In this document: positions 18,207-27,986 of the stretch, one piece after another
Layout of the letters: every line of letters begins with the position of its first letter
Position numbering within the stretch: position 1 is the stretch's first letter
Assembly: GCA_902386385.1 (NCBI GenBank)
Contig: CABMIU010000048.1
Span: forward strand, 1-49,309
DNA length: 49,309 bases
Origin: an uncultured archaeon
Lineage (GTDB): Archaea; Iainarchaeota; Iainarchaeia; Iainarchaeales; Iainarchaeaceae
Direction: 5' to 3'
Position numbers and translations under genes: made by a program
The notes under the pieces: generated by a model
Told to the model about the DNA's origin: nothing
Seen by the model: only the letters and a program-made list of their open reading frames with translations
Databases searched by the model: none

Positions 18207-21200
18207 ATGATATTGTTTTTTGCCCTGCCCCTGGCAATTTTTTTCCCCTATTTCGTGCATGCTGATGCCACTGCGGGCCTTGCTGGCTGGTGGGCTCTTG
18301 ACGATGGCAGCGGCACAGTCGCGCTGGATTCTTCGGGAAACCACGGCAATGCTTCACTTGTAAAATTTCCTGCAGATAACTCCGGGTGGACGAATGGGCA
18401 GATTGGGCAGGCATTGAATTTCAGGGGCGTCTCCGGTCAGCGGGTCGTAGTGGCGCAATCAGGCGCGTTGGATTTTGGAACAGGGGGCTTCACGGTAAGC
18501 TTTTGGATGAAGCCGGAAGGCACGCAGAATTCCATGCCGATTTCCAAAGGCACGCACGGGTACACCGCTCCCGGCTTCCGGTTTTTCCTTGGCTCAACCA
18601 ATAACCTGAACTTCTGTGTTGAGGACCAGGGGCTGAACCGTGTCGAGCCAAGAGTCACAATAACCTCTTTTCTCGGGTCATGGAATCATTATGTGGGCGT
18701 CTGGGATGCAGCATCGAAAACCGCGACAATCTATATTAACGGCATTCATGCGGCCAGCACGACTAACGCGTCCATCGGCAACATCACCAATGCGTTCGAT
18801 TTCACTATCGGCGCCCGCTCAGGGGGCGATTATGAGTTCAAGGGTATGATTGATGATGTCCGGTTATACAATCGGGCGCTTTCCCCGCAGGAAGTTGCGG
18901 ATGTGCACCGTCAAGGCGCACCGGGCGGCTTTACAGTCGAGAACCTTGGCAGCCCCCTTCAGGGAAACACACAGGAGCATCAGGTGATGTACAGGACTGC
19001 AGACGGGGATAGGCATTTGCAGTTGTATTATGATACCTTTGGGTCATCGCCGATGAATATTGTCGATATCGATGTCGATACTGGCAAGGCTTATTCCAGT
19101 GTCTTTGAAAACAATTTAGGCCGCCCCGGGCCGCAATTCCACGTGTATTATCCGGCAAATAACAAAATTTATATTGCCAGCAGCGACCCAGGGAGTTTAA
19201 GCGAATTCGACCCTGCCACCGGAAACACGAGGTACATCCGTGCCCTTCGGTACAAGGGGGCGCAATGGGGCGAAGTCGGGGATGACGGGTGGGTATACAT
19301 TGGCGAGACAACTTCTGCAGTGGCCAAAGGGGCGGGAGTGGAACGGTACAATCCCATGACTGAACAGTGGCAGGATTTGGGGATTATTGACCCTGCGTTT
19401 AATGGCTCGATTCAGTATGCGTATACGCTCGGTGCTGACCGCCGTTATGTGTATATCGGCTTGGGGCAATTGCCATGGTATCTGGCAGTGTACGATACGC
19501 AAGCAGCCTCAAATAACGTTAAACTGTATTGGGCGGACCAGGGGGACACAGCCGGCGTTGTGCTAAGGGGAATTGACGGGAACTGGTATTACAAGAGGGT
19601 CAATCCAAGTCTAACGCCTTCCACAAAATTCTACAAGTTTGAGGATGGCGTTCCTGTGGAAACGAGCGCATATCCTGAATTCCTGCCTTATTACAATCAT
19701 GGCAATACGGTCAATGATAAAACCGCTTTCAAGGCGGAGTTTAACACATCGATTAATCTTGACCAGGCATACCCCAACAGCGGCAACGGCAATGCCGCGG
19801 TTATTGGCTGGCAGACAGATTCCAATCCTTGGCAATTCACCACAATCAGGGGCATGTTCCTGATTCCGGCCATCATCAAGCGCCTGTACAATATCCCTGG
19901 CGACAGCGGAAATCTTTTGGGCTGGGCCGACGAGTATGGCCTTGTTTTTACCTACAATGTAAACGGCCGTTCCATAAGCCAGCTCGGCTACCCGCAGCGC
20001 AGCCTGTACGATGCAACCTTTGACGGAACCACTGTTTATTTGTCCGGCTATACCTCTGCCACGTTGCGTTATGACATGGCAAAGCCGTGGACTCTTTCAG
20101 GTTCCTCCAGCATTATTTCGCCGAGCGTAAACCCATATATGCTTTCATTATCCGGCAGCGATTCCGGCGGCAACTGGAATGGCAATTACCATTACTATTC
20201 TGACAAGGGCGCTGACGGCAGGATTTACCTAGGCGCCCAGCACACCCGGGATTCTGCTGGAGGGGGCCTTGGTTGGTATGACCCTGCAACCGGGGCGAGC
20301 AGCGGACTGCGGCAGAATTTTCTGAACTATGGGCCACAGGGCATATTGGCGGTAAATAACGGGGCAAAGATTGTGTATAGCAGTTCTCAGGGGCCGGACC
20401 CGGAAGGAAAGTTGTTTGTGCTGGATGTCGCTTCCAGGACTATAGAGCGCACAATCACGCCTATTCCGGGCGGAGGTTCTCTGGACAAAATCATCGAAGC
20501 CGAACCCGGAATGGTTATTGGCATCACCGCCAACAAATGTTATAAGGTCAATGCATTGACCGGCGAGATTATCTGGGTTAAAGAATTAAATGGCACGGCA
20601 TTTCCGGGCATCCCGGCATCTGACCACAGTCTTGCCAAAGGCCCGGATGGCTATGCCTGGCTTTTTATTGATAATGCCCTGAGCCGCATAAATCCTGCGA
20701 ATGGGGACATAGAGAAGATTATGGCTGCGCCGGTGTCGAGCATAATGTTTCATGGGAATGACCTGTACTTTTACGGCGGAACTTCCCTGAGCAGGGTAGT
20801 AAATATTTCCGGCGCCCTGCCCCCAGTTGTTCCTGCCGACCCTTCCGTGCCATCGGAGGATTCTGACGGCGACGGCATTCCTGATTCTGCCGACCGTTGC
20901 CCTGGAACTTTGCCGGAACTGGCAAGCTTTGTGAATGTTTACGGCTGCCCCAAGCCGATTGCGGCAAAGTTTGACATCAAGCCGGATTTCCACAATATTG
21001 ACCTGAACACCGCATCGGACTTTGACCTTGGAATGAGCTCTTATGGAAAAATCACTTACAACAAGGTGGTGCGGCTGTACAGGGTTGCAGGCGGCCAGAT
21101 TCAGCGTTTGGACCTCGATTCCGATGTCAATTTTTCACGCGCCAGGATAAGCATCAATCCCTCGGGCCAGCAGGACCTCAACACAAACGCCACGGTAACC

Positions 21201-21317
21201 CTTTATGGCCTGCAATTCAAAATCCCGAAAATACTCAAAGACGGGCAGGAATGCGAAGAATGCAGCATAATTTCGTACTCGAACGGGACAATCGTTTTTG
21301 CCGTCCCGAATTTCTGA
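18207..21317 (+). CDS. Large secreted protein: LamG/ConA-like domain + beta-propeller + TSP3-type Ca-binding repeat
   Basis: Signal peptide; GWWALDDGSG...FKGMIDDVRLYNRALS; YDPATG-type repeats; DSDGDGIPDSADRCPGT. Start uncertain. Confidence 0.85.
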   Translation: MILFFALPLAIFFPYFVHADATAGLAGWWALDDGSGTVALDSSGNHGNASLVKFPADNSGWTNGQIGQALNFRGVSGQRVVVAQSGALDFGTGGFTVSFWMKPEGTQNSMPISKGTHGYTAPGFRFFLGSTNNLNFCVEDQGLNRVEPRVTITSFLGSWNHYVGVWDAASKTATIYINGIHAASTTNASIGNITNAFDFTIGARSGGDYEFKGMIDDVRLYNRALSPQEVADVHRQGAPGGFTVENLGSPLQGNTQEHQVMYRTADGDRHLQLYYDTFGSSPMNIVDIDVDTGKAYSSVFENNLGRPGPQFHVYYPANNKIYIASSDPGSLSEFDPATGNTRYIRALRYKGAQWGEVGDDGWVYIGETTSAVAKGAGVERYNPMTEQWQDLGIIDPAFNGSIQYAYTLGADRRYVYIGLGQLPWYLAVYDTQAASNNVKLYWADQGDTAGVVLRGIDGNWYYKRVNPSLTPSTKFYKFEDGVPVETSAYPEFLPYYNHGNTVNDKTAFKAEFNTSINLDQAYPNSGNGNAAVIGWQTDSNPWQFTTIRGMFLIPAIIKRLYNIPGDSGNLLGWADEYGLVFTYNVNGRSISQLGYPQRSLYDATFDGTTVYLSGYTSATLRYDMAKPWTLSGSSSIISPSVNPYMLSLSGSDSGGNWNGNYHYYSDKGADGRIYLGAQHTRDSAGGGLGWYDPATGASSGLRQNFLNYGPQGILAVNNGAKIVYSSSQGPDPEGKLFVLDVASRTIERTITPIPGGGSLDKIIEAEPGMVIGITANKCYKVNALTGEIIWVKELNGTAFPGIPASDHSLAKGPDGYAWLFIDNALSRINPANGDIEKIMAAPVSSIMFHGNDLYFYGGTSLSRVVNISGALPPVVPADPSVPSEDSDGDGIPDSADRCPGTLPELASFVNVYGCPKPIAAKFDIKPDFHNIDLNTASDFDLGMSSYGKITYNKVVRLYRVAGGQIQRLDLDSDVNFSRARISINPSGQQDLNTNATVTLYGLQFKIPKILKDGQECEECSIISYSNGTIVFAVPNF

Positions 21318-21460
21318 TTATCCCCCCGCTGATGGCTGCCATAAAGGCAATTGGCTGCATGTTTGGCTAAACTGGTTGAAGCCAAGGCCTCTTTTTCTCC
21401 GGCCAAGCAGTTTTTCTGGCTGCTGAAAAAGCTTATTAATCCAGTTTGCGTTCCTCTTTC

Positions 21461-22105
21461 ATGTCCAGCAACATCATCAGCTCATACCGGTCTTTTTCGG
21501 AGCGCTTCCAGCTGCCGAATGACGAGAAGCGCACCGATGCCATCAAGTTTTATTTCCGGAACGGCGGCGTGATTTCTGCTTCGGGAGGCGGCAAGGGCAA
21601 GTGGCCAAAGCTTTCATATCCCTCCCCGATGCGTGTTGAAGAGCAGATAAGGGAATTCGAGAAGCTTAATGCAGAGTACGGGAAGAAGCACAAGGAATGG
21701 AAACAGAAGCTTTCGGATGCTAAAACCTACCACGCGAAGCACCATGTCCTCAAGTTCTCTGAGCCATTGTACTGGAAGCATACCGCAAAGGCCCTGTCGG
21801 ACAAATCCTACAAGGAAGATGCGGAAAAAGTCGGCCTGCCGGTGCACCTTGTCGCTGACAACAAGTGGAAGCCCATGGTGCGGATGTTCCTAGAGGACCA
21901 GGAGTACAGGCGCAATCTGGTTGAAACCGTGCAGACCAGCGTTGTCTACAAGCATGACCGCAAGGTTGCGAAGTATGCCGACACTGTACAGGAGTTCAGG
22001 AGCGGAATCTCGAACTCGAAGCTGAAAGAGCTGGAATCAAAAATAAAGGGCATCGATTCTCAGATTGCCGCGCTCGAGGAAATAAAGAAATGGGCCGGGG
22101 AGTAA
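21461..22105 (+). CDS. Hypothetical basic coiled-coil protein
   Basis: 214-aa ORF with host-like codon usage; TATA-like CTTATTAA at about 21432. Confidence 0.8.
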   Translation: MSSNIISSYRSFSERFQLPNDEKRTDAIKFYFRNGGVISASGGGKGKWPKLSYPSPMRVEEQIREFEKLNAEYGKKHKEWKQKLSDAKTYHAKHHVLKFSEPLYWKHTAKALSDKSYKEDAEKVGLPVHLVADNKWKPMVRMFLEDQEYRRNLVETVQTSVVYKHDRKVAKYADTVQEFRSGISNSKLKELESKIKGIDSQIAALEEIKKWAGE

Positions 22106-22110
22106 TACAG

Positions 22111-22182
22111 CCTTTTTCTTTCTCTTGAAAATAGAAAGAAAAAGCCTGGGGAAAAAGAAAGAGAACCGCTCACGCAAAAAAA
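22111..22182 (+). repeat. ~72-bp REP-like dispersed repeat, copy C
   Basis: CTTTTTCTTTCTCTTGAAAATAGAAAGAAAAAG + AAAGAGAACCGCTCACGCA. Confidence 0.85.
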
Positions 22183-22303
22183 CAGTTTGCTTTTGGGAAC
22201 CCTGAAAAAGAGTTTTTGGAATATCTATGTTAAATTGGCTATTTGGTTTCAGCGAATCAGTTCTTTTCCTTTTTCGCCATCATTTTGTTCTGCAAAGCCT
22301 ACA

Positions 22304-22355
22304 CTTTTCTTTTCCCTCAAGGCTTTTCTTTTCTTGTCAAAGAAAAGAAAAGGCT
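22304..22355 (-). repeat. Degenerate variant of the REP-like hairpin, copy D
   Basis: CTTTTCTTTTCTTTGACAAGAAAAGAAAAG hairpin followed by GAAAAGAAAAG, inverted relative to copy C. Confidence 0.5.
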
Positions 22356-22547
22356 TGCGGACCGGCAATGCACCCCCCTTCCGATTCTTTATAAACCGCC
22401 GGAACGCAGTTCTTTCAGGTGGTTTTGATGCCAATCTTTTCAATAGTGAAGTTCGGGGAAAAGGAATCAAGGGAGTATTCAGATTTTTTTCAGGCGAATT
22501 AATATTTGGTTGGGTTCGCAGAACCGCCATTTTTTTGGGGGGGTAAT

Positions 22548-22889
22548 ATGGCAGGAATGCAAAGGGGATACAGTCCAAAGGAAAGCAGTTCAGTGGAATA
22601 TGCCTCGAGGGATTTCGGGAAAGTGCCAGGAACTGAAGAAATAAAAGTAAAGGGCAGGCCAGTGGCGAAGTTCAGGGCCGGTGGCATACAGGTTGCGATA
22701 TGGGAGAATGAAACAAAGGAAGGGGGTTCATACAAAACCGTTTCAATTGACAGGCGCTACAAGGCCGGCGAGGAATGGAAATCCACCAAATCCTTCCGGC
22801 AAAACGACCTGCCTAAGGCAATCCTCGCGCTCCAGAAGGCGTTTGAGTACGTTTCCATGAAAGAGGATTTCGCGGAAGCTTTGGCATAG
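22548..22889 (+). CDS. Small PC4/Whirly-like putative ssDNA-binding protein
   Basis: PVAKFRAGGIQVAIWEN...SIDRRYK...WKSTKSF...DLPKAILAL; lies upstream of Hel308. Confidence 0.6.
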   Translation: MAGMQRGYSPKESSSVEYASRDFGKVPGTEEIKVKGRPVAKFRAGGIQVAIWENETKEGGSYKTVSIDRRYKAGEEWKSTKSFRQNDLPKAILALQKAFEYVSMKEDFAEALA

Positions 22890-22974
22890 GCTCGCCAATG
22901 CTTGCGGCGGCAAAAATGGCTTTTGCGCTCCAGCAATATAACGCTTTCGCCAGAAAGTATCATTGGGATTGCTT

Positions 22975-25107
22975 ATGGAACACCCGGAGCCTGAGGCAGA
23001 GCCAGAGCACAAAATCCTTGAATTGGTAAAGAAGCACAACGGATTCGATGCTTTCAATCCCATGCAGGAGAAATGCATTTCCGCAGGAGTTCTCTGGAAA
23101 AGCCTTGTGGTAAGTTCTCCAACTGCTTCCGGGAAAACCGTTGTGGCGGAGCTCGCGGCCCTTGAATCAATCCTTAACCGCCACAAGAAGGTCGTTTACA
23201 CAGCCCCGCTCCGCGCCCTCGCTTCCGAGCATGCGGAGGATTTCAGGCGAAAATATTCCAGTGCCCTTTCGATAAAAGCCGCGCTCAGCACCGGTGACCT
23301 TGATTCAAGCGGAGCAAATCTCGGCCAGAAGGACATGATATTCACTACTTATGAAAAAGCTGATAGCCTCCTGAATCATCACGCAGAGTGGCTTTCGCAG
23401 CTTGGGCTGCTCGTGATTGATGAGCTGCATTCCATTGGCACGGACAGGGGCCCTACACTGGAAATGCTCATTACCAAGCTCCGCTTCCTGAACCCTAAAA
23501 TGCGGGTTCTCGGCCTCTCGGCAACAATCCCCAATGCAAAAGAGCTCGCGAAGTGGCTTGGCGCGGATTTGGTTGAGAGCGATTACCGTCCAGTGAAGCT
23601 GCGCGAGGGCATTTTTCTGGACGGCACAATACATTTTTCCGACTCAGCTGAAGAAATCGGGCTGGAAAAGGATGAGGTTTCATCCATCTGCCTCGACACC
23701 CTCGCAAAGGGGAAACAGGCCCTTGTTTTCGTGAACACGCGGCGCACGAGCGAATCCACCGCGAAAAAGCTTGCAGAACTCACTGAGAATCTTCTCAAGC
23801 CATCTGAACAAATCGCGCTTGGGAAGGCGGCAAAGCAGGCACTCAATGTCCTGGAAACCCCTACTCAGCAGTGCGAGACAATTGCTTCGCTGATAAGGCG
23901 CGGAGCGTGCTTCCACAATGCAGGGCTATTGCAGAAGCAGAGGGAAATAATCGAGGAGATGTTCAAGAAAAATTACCTGAAGTTCATTTCAGCCACGCCG
24001 ACGCTTGCTGCGGGGGTCAATTTGCCGGCATTCCGTGTCATTGTCCAGTCCCCTTACCGCTACACCGAGGGCGGAATGGCTAGGATTCCTGTGGGTGAGT
24101 ACAAGCAGATGGCTGGCCGCGCAGGGCGGCCGAAATATGATGCAGCGGGCGAAGCAATCCTCATTGCAAAAACCGAAATCGAGAAGGACGATTATTTCGA
24201 TTACTTCATCAACGGCAAGGTGGAAGATGCGGATTCGATGCTTGGCTCGGAATCACAACTCCGCTTCCACATCCTTTCAACAATCGCGACAGGCTTCATT
24301 TTTGACCTTGATTCCGCGGAGAAGTTCTTTTTGAAAACTTTTTATGCTTTGCAGTCAAATGGGGCTTCCGGCTTGTTCAGGAAAATGACTTCAATTGTGA
24401 AGCAGCTCGAGGAAATGGGCTTTGCAAAGGCTGATGAGAACAGGATTGAAGCCACGCCGCTAGGAAAGAGGGTTGCCGAGCTTTATCTGGACCCTCTTTC
24501 GGCTTTTTCAATGATGAATTCGCTCAGGAAAAACAAGCTCAATGATTTTTCCTACCTTTTCACAATCGCCGGCAGCCTCGAGTTTTATCCGTGGCTCTCC
24601 GTGCCGCGCGGCCAGGAAGCGGAGCTCTGGGAAAAAATAGAATCCGAAAAGGCATTTTTGCCTATTGATGTGGATGCCGAAAGGTTCACTGACAATGATT
24701 TGCCTGCAAAGTACTGGACTTCTGTGATGCTGAAGGACTGGATTGAAGAGGTGCGCGAGCAGGAAATCGTTGAAACCTACAAAATCCAGCCAGGTATTTT
24801 GCGGATGAAATTGCAGAACGCGGATTGGCTAGCTTACTCCTGCTTCGAGCTCGCGAAAACCCTCGGCCTCGAGGTCCATTTCGCCCCTTTGCACAAAATG
24901 CGCAAGAGGCTTCAGGCAGGGATAAAGGAGGAGCTCATTGCATTGTGCGAGCTGCGTGGCATTGGAAGGGTGAGAGCAAGGAGATTGTTCAACGCCGGGG
25001 TAAAGGGCATTGCAGATGTCAAGCGGACCGATGTGAAGGACCTCGAAAAAGTTCTCGGGCAGAAAGTCGCGGTGAAAGTGAAGGGGCAGCTTGAAATGAA
25101 AAAATGA
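22975..25107 (+). CDS. hel308: Ski2-like DNA helicase Hel308/Hjm
   Basis: PTASGKT, DELH, SAT, TPTLAAGVNLPA, QMAGRAGRP, C-terminal HhH GIGRVRAR. Confidence 0.95.
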   Translation: MEHPEPEAEPEHKILELVKKHNGFDAFNPMQEKCISAGVLWKSLVVSSPTASGKTVVAELAALESILNRHKKVVYTAPLRALASEHAEDFRRKYSSALSIKAALSTGDLDSSGANLGQKDMIFTTYEKADSLLNHHAEWLSQLGLLVIDELHSIGTDRGPTLEMLITKLRFLNPKMRVLGLSATIPNAKELAKWLGADLVESDYRPVKLREGIFLDGTIHFSDSAEEIGLEKDEVSSICLDTLAKGKQALVFVNTRRTSESTAKKLAELTENLLKPSEQIALGKAAKQALNVLETPTQQCETIASLIRRGACFHNAGLLQKQREIIEEMFKKNYLKFISATPTLAAGVNLPAFRVIVQSPYRYTEGGMARIPVGEYKQMAGRAGRPKYDAAGEAILIAKTEIEKDDYFDYFINGKVEDADSMLGSESQLRFHILSTIATGFIFDLDSAEKFFLKTFYALQSNGASGLFRKMTSIVKQLEEMGFAKADENRIEATPLGKRVAELYLDPLSAFSMMNSLRKNKLNDFSYLFTIAGSLEFYPWLSVPRGQEAELWEKIESEKAFLPIDVDAERFTDNDLPAKYWTSVMLKDWIEEVREQEIVETYKIQPGILRMKLQNADWLAYSCFELAKTLGLEVHFAPLHKMRKRLQAGIKEELIALCELRGIGRVRARRLFNAGVKGIADVKRTDVKDLEKVLGQKVAVKVKGQLEMKK

Positions 25108-25149
25108 AGCAGGAGTGAAACCGGTTGTTATAGAACGGTTATTTTGCTT

Positions 25150-25974
25150 TTAAATGAGTCCTTTTATCAGCATCCTGCCAACTATCGTTGCCAGGATTAG
25201 GCCCAGGATGCCTGCCGTGATTAGGGTGTAGTCGATTCCTGTTGGTTGTGGTGTGTTGGTTTCAGTGCCTGTATTTGTTGGTGAGGCGCTTGCATTGGCA
25301 TTCGGGGTATTTTCGTTTCCTGGGGTGTTTTTTCCCGGTTGTTGTGTTCCGCTTCCGCCTGCATTTTCGTTTGTTCCTGCAATTTTCACGGTGATTTCTT
25401 TGGATTCGTATTTGGTTGCCTTGTTGTTGGAGTAGAGTGTGTATTTTGCCTTGTATTCGCCTTCGGTTGAGGGTGTCCATTTGTGGGAGAAATTTAAGCT
25501 GTATTTTTTCCCGCTGCCTATTAGCGAGGTAGTGAAGCTGTCTGAGAATTCAACGTGGTTTCCTTTGAGCACGTTGAGGTCGACAATGAACTTTTGTGCA
25601 GACCCCAGGCCATTGAAAACAAGGGCGCTTATCGTGGCTTCCCTGCCGGCCTGTGCCGGAAGGAAATTCAGGTCAGTTACTGTGGCTGTCGGGGCGGTGC
25701 CGCCTCCTGCTCCTCCGTTGCCCTGCCCTGAATCGCCTGTGCCACTTGTTCTCCCTGTAGTCCCGCCAGTTGCCCCGGTATCAGTTGGAGGCGTAATCGG
25801 GCATGCGCCGCAGTCACCCGCACAATTGATGCAGGTCTCGCCTGTTTGGCAGATATTGTCCCCGCACGTGGCAGGGGCTGTGCCCTCAACAACTTCGTAT
25901 GTAGTGGCGTATGCAGAAAGCAGCAGCGCTATGGAAAAGAAAATCAATTGCAGTGCCCTGAAATTTTGTGCCAT
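25150..25974 (-). CDS. Cell-surface protein with Cys-rich repeat, Ig-like domain and C-terminal TM
   Basis: Signal peptide; CGDNICQTGETCINCAGDCGAC; G/T-rich linkers; PTG + TM. Confidence 0.8.
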   Translation of the reverse strand: MAQNFRALQLIFFSIALLLSAYATTYEVVEGTAPATCGDNICQTGETCINCAGDCGACPITPPTDTGATGGTTGRTSGTGDSGQGNGGAGGGTAPTATVTDLNFLPAQAGREATISALVFNGLGSAQKFIVDLNVLKGNHVEFSDSFTTSLIGSGKKYSLNFSHKWTPSTEGEYKAKYTLYSNNKATKYESKEITVKIAGTNENAGGSGTQQPGKNTPGNENTPNANASASPTNTGTETNTPQPTGIDYTLITAGILGLILATIVGRMLIKGLI

Positions 25975-26140
25975 AATTTCATCTATTATCCGTATTTTAC
26001 TTTTTATTGATATCTTTCAGCGGGCTTTGTCCAAAAACCCGTGGTGATGGGCCTGCTTATGGCTGCCCTCCAAATGGCAACATTTAAACGGCCATGGAGA
26101 ATTCCAAAAGTCAATGTGCAATTCCTCTGGAAAACTGGTC
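25975..26140. promoter_or_regulatory. Candidate replication origin (ORB-like motifs + AT-rich tract) next to cdc6
   Basis: CTCCAAATGGCAAC (26068-26081), TTCCTCTGGAAAAC (26122-26135), AT-rich 25975-26013. Confidence 0.4.
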
Positions 26141-26184
26141 AAGGTCGCCAGTTTTTTGTGGTGCTCGCAGGTTGCGGCTTTAAT

Positions 26185-27417
26185 TCAGTTCTGCTCAATC
26201 AGTTCCCTTTCAATGAGCCCTTTTATTTTCTCCGCGTCAAAGCCGAGCTTTATCAGCGTTGTCTGCCCCTTTATTCCTTTTCCCGAAGCGGTGGTGTAAA
26301 TGAGGCCGTACATTTCCAGCTCATTTATGTACTCGCGGTACCAGCGCGAGCTCACAATCTCTTCCTTGTGCTTCTTCGCGATTTTGCAGTACTCATCATA
26401 AACCTCGCCTGAAAACAAAACTCCTTTCTCCGTTTCGCCGGTTATTTTCGGCTGGGGCTTCTTTGTGAGCGAGAGAACGGCAATCGAATAGAGCACGAAC
26501 TGCTGCTGCTCCGGAAGGGTTGAAACCATGTTGTAAACCAGTTCCTCTTCAACCTGTACCTTGGCCTTCATTACCTCGCGGTCGGTCACTTTCCCGCTTC
26601 CCCTGCGGTCCGCTATTTCGCCGGCGCGGAGCAGGAGCATTACCGCAGTCCTCGCATCTCCTGATTCCTGCGCAGCTATTGCAGCGGCGAGGCATACTGC
26701 TGATTCCTCGACAGTATCCGGCTTGAAAGCCATTCCTGTGCGCTGCCTGAGTATTTCAGTCAGTTCCTGCGCGTTGTATGGCGGGAAAACCATTTCGTTC
26801 TCGCACAGCGAGCTTTTCGTGCGCGGGTCAAGGCGGTCCTTGAACATCAGGTTGTTTGAAATCCCTATGAGGGAAATGCTTCCGCTGCTCCCAATCTCAT
26901 CGTTGCCGCGCGTGAGCCCGTAAATCAATTCATCAAGGTCTTTTACCTTGTCGATTTCATCAAGCACGAGGACAATATGCTTTCCGCCAGCTTTTTCTTT
27001 GCCCCGCGCGTGCTCCAGCAGTTTTTCGTAAACAAACGCGGCAGAGTAGCCCATGAAATCCTCTTCCGGGAAAAAGTCCTTCACTATTTTGCTAAGGATG
27101 CGGTATTTCGAGTTGTGGTTCCTGCAGTTAACGTAATTGCCCTCGACAGGGATGTTTTTCGCTGAAGCGAATTCAAGCAGTTGCTGCATCACTAGCCTTG
27201 TCACGGAGGTCTTGCCAGTGCCGCATTTCCCGTAAATGAAAAGATTGTCAGGCTTCTCCCCGTGCAGGGTTTTTGAGAGAATCCCCGATATTTCCCCGAT
27301 GTATTTGTCCCTGAAAAGGAGCTTCTGCGGCGTGAAGTGCGGCGTGATGAGGTTCCTGTCGAGGAAAATGGTTTCCCTCGCGAATTCTCGCTCAAAAATA
27401 TTAACCAGCTCAGCCAA
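26185..27417 (-). CDS. cdc6: Orc1/Cdc6 replication initiator
   Basis: YGKCGTGKT, LVLDEID, LDPRTKSSL, FPPYNAQEL, GDAR, C-terminal wHTH. TTG start inferred. Confidence 0.96.
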   Translation of the reverse strand: MAELVNIFEREFARETIFLDRNLITPHFTPQKLLFRDKYIGEISGILSKTLHGEKPDNLFIYGKCGTGKTSVTRLVMQQLLEFASAKNIPVEGNYVNCRNHNSKYRILSKIVKDFFPEEDFMGYSAAFVYEKLLEHARGKEKAGGKHIVLVLDEIDKVKDLDELIYGLTRGNDEIGSSGSISLIGISNNLMFKDRLDPRTKSSLCENEMVFPPYNAQELTEILRQRTGMAFKPDTVEESAVCLAAAIAAQESGDARTAVMLLLRAGEIADRRGSGKVTDREVMKAKVQVEEELVYNMVSTLPEQQQFVLYSIAVLSLTKKPQPKITGETEKGVLFSGEVYDEYCKIAKKHKEEIVSSRWYREYINELEMYGLIYTTASGKGIKGQTTLIKLGFDAEKIKGLIERELIEQN

Positions 27418-27577
27418 ACTGCAACCCCATTCCAATAGGCATGATTAGGTTAAAACAAAATCGGGTTATGGAAGTGAACAAACTTCCACTAATCGGGTTC
27501 GGTTTCCGAATGGGTTAATGCCGAAACATGGCACTGGCCCAAGGCACGATTTAACCATTTTCTGGCCCCATTCTCTT

Positions 27578-27910
27578 TCAAGTCTCGCCAGGCCCAAGTT
27601 CACGTTCTATTTGCTTGGCGTCCCTCGCATGGGCAGCGGCTCTACATGTCTGGTACGCTTTCGTCTTTTCAAGTATTAACCGCCACTTTTGCTCCGGTGT
27701 CAAGGCCTTGCATGTTTGATATACCGTTTCTTTGCGTGCTGGCTTTGCCTGTGCCCTTTCAATTTTTTTTCTGGGTTGCCCCGAAGCATTTATTCTTACC
27801 CGAGCCATGACAGTTTCTGCTTCGGCACGCCTTCGCTCTTTTGTGTGATTTCGCTCTTCGCTTTCTGCCCTGTAGCGCGAAAGCCTTTCCTGCAAATTAG
27901 GTCTTGGCAT
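27578..27910 (-). CDS. Basic hypothetical protein (MPRPNLQERLSRY...)
   Basis: ATG 27910 with TATA-like TTTTATA at about 27943-27949; frame is open further upstream. Confidence 0.55.
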   Translation of the reverse strand: MPRPNLQERLSRYRAESEERNHTKERRRAEAETVMARVRINASGQPRKKIERAQAKPARKETVYQTCKALTPEQKWRLILEKTKAYQTCRAAAHARDAKQIERELGPGET

Positions 27911-27986
27911 TTTTCCATCCCGGATTAATGAAGCCCGCGAACTATAAAAACATTTGCAGCCTCTGGCTGAAGTCTGTCCCATGGCC

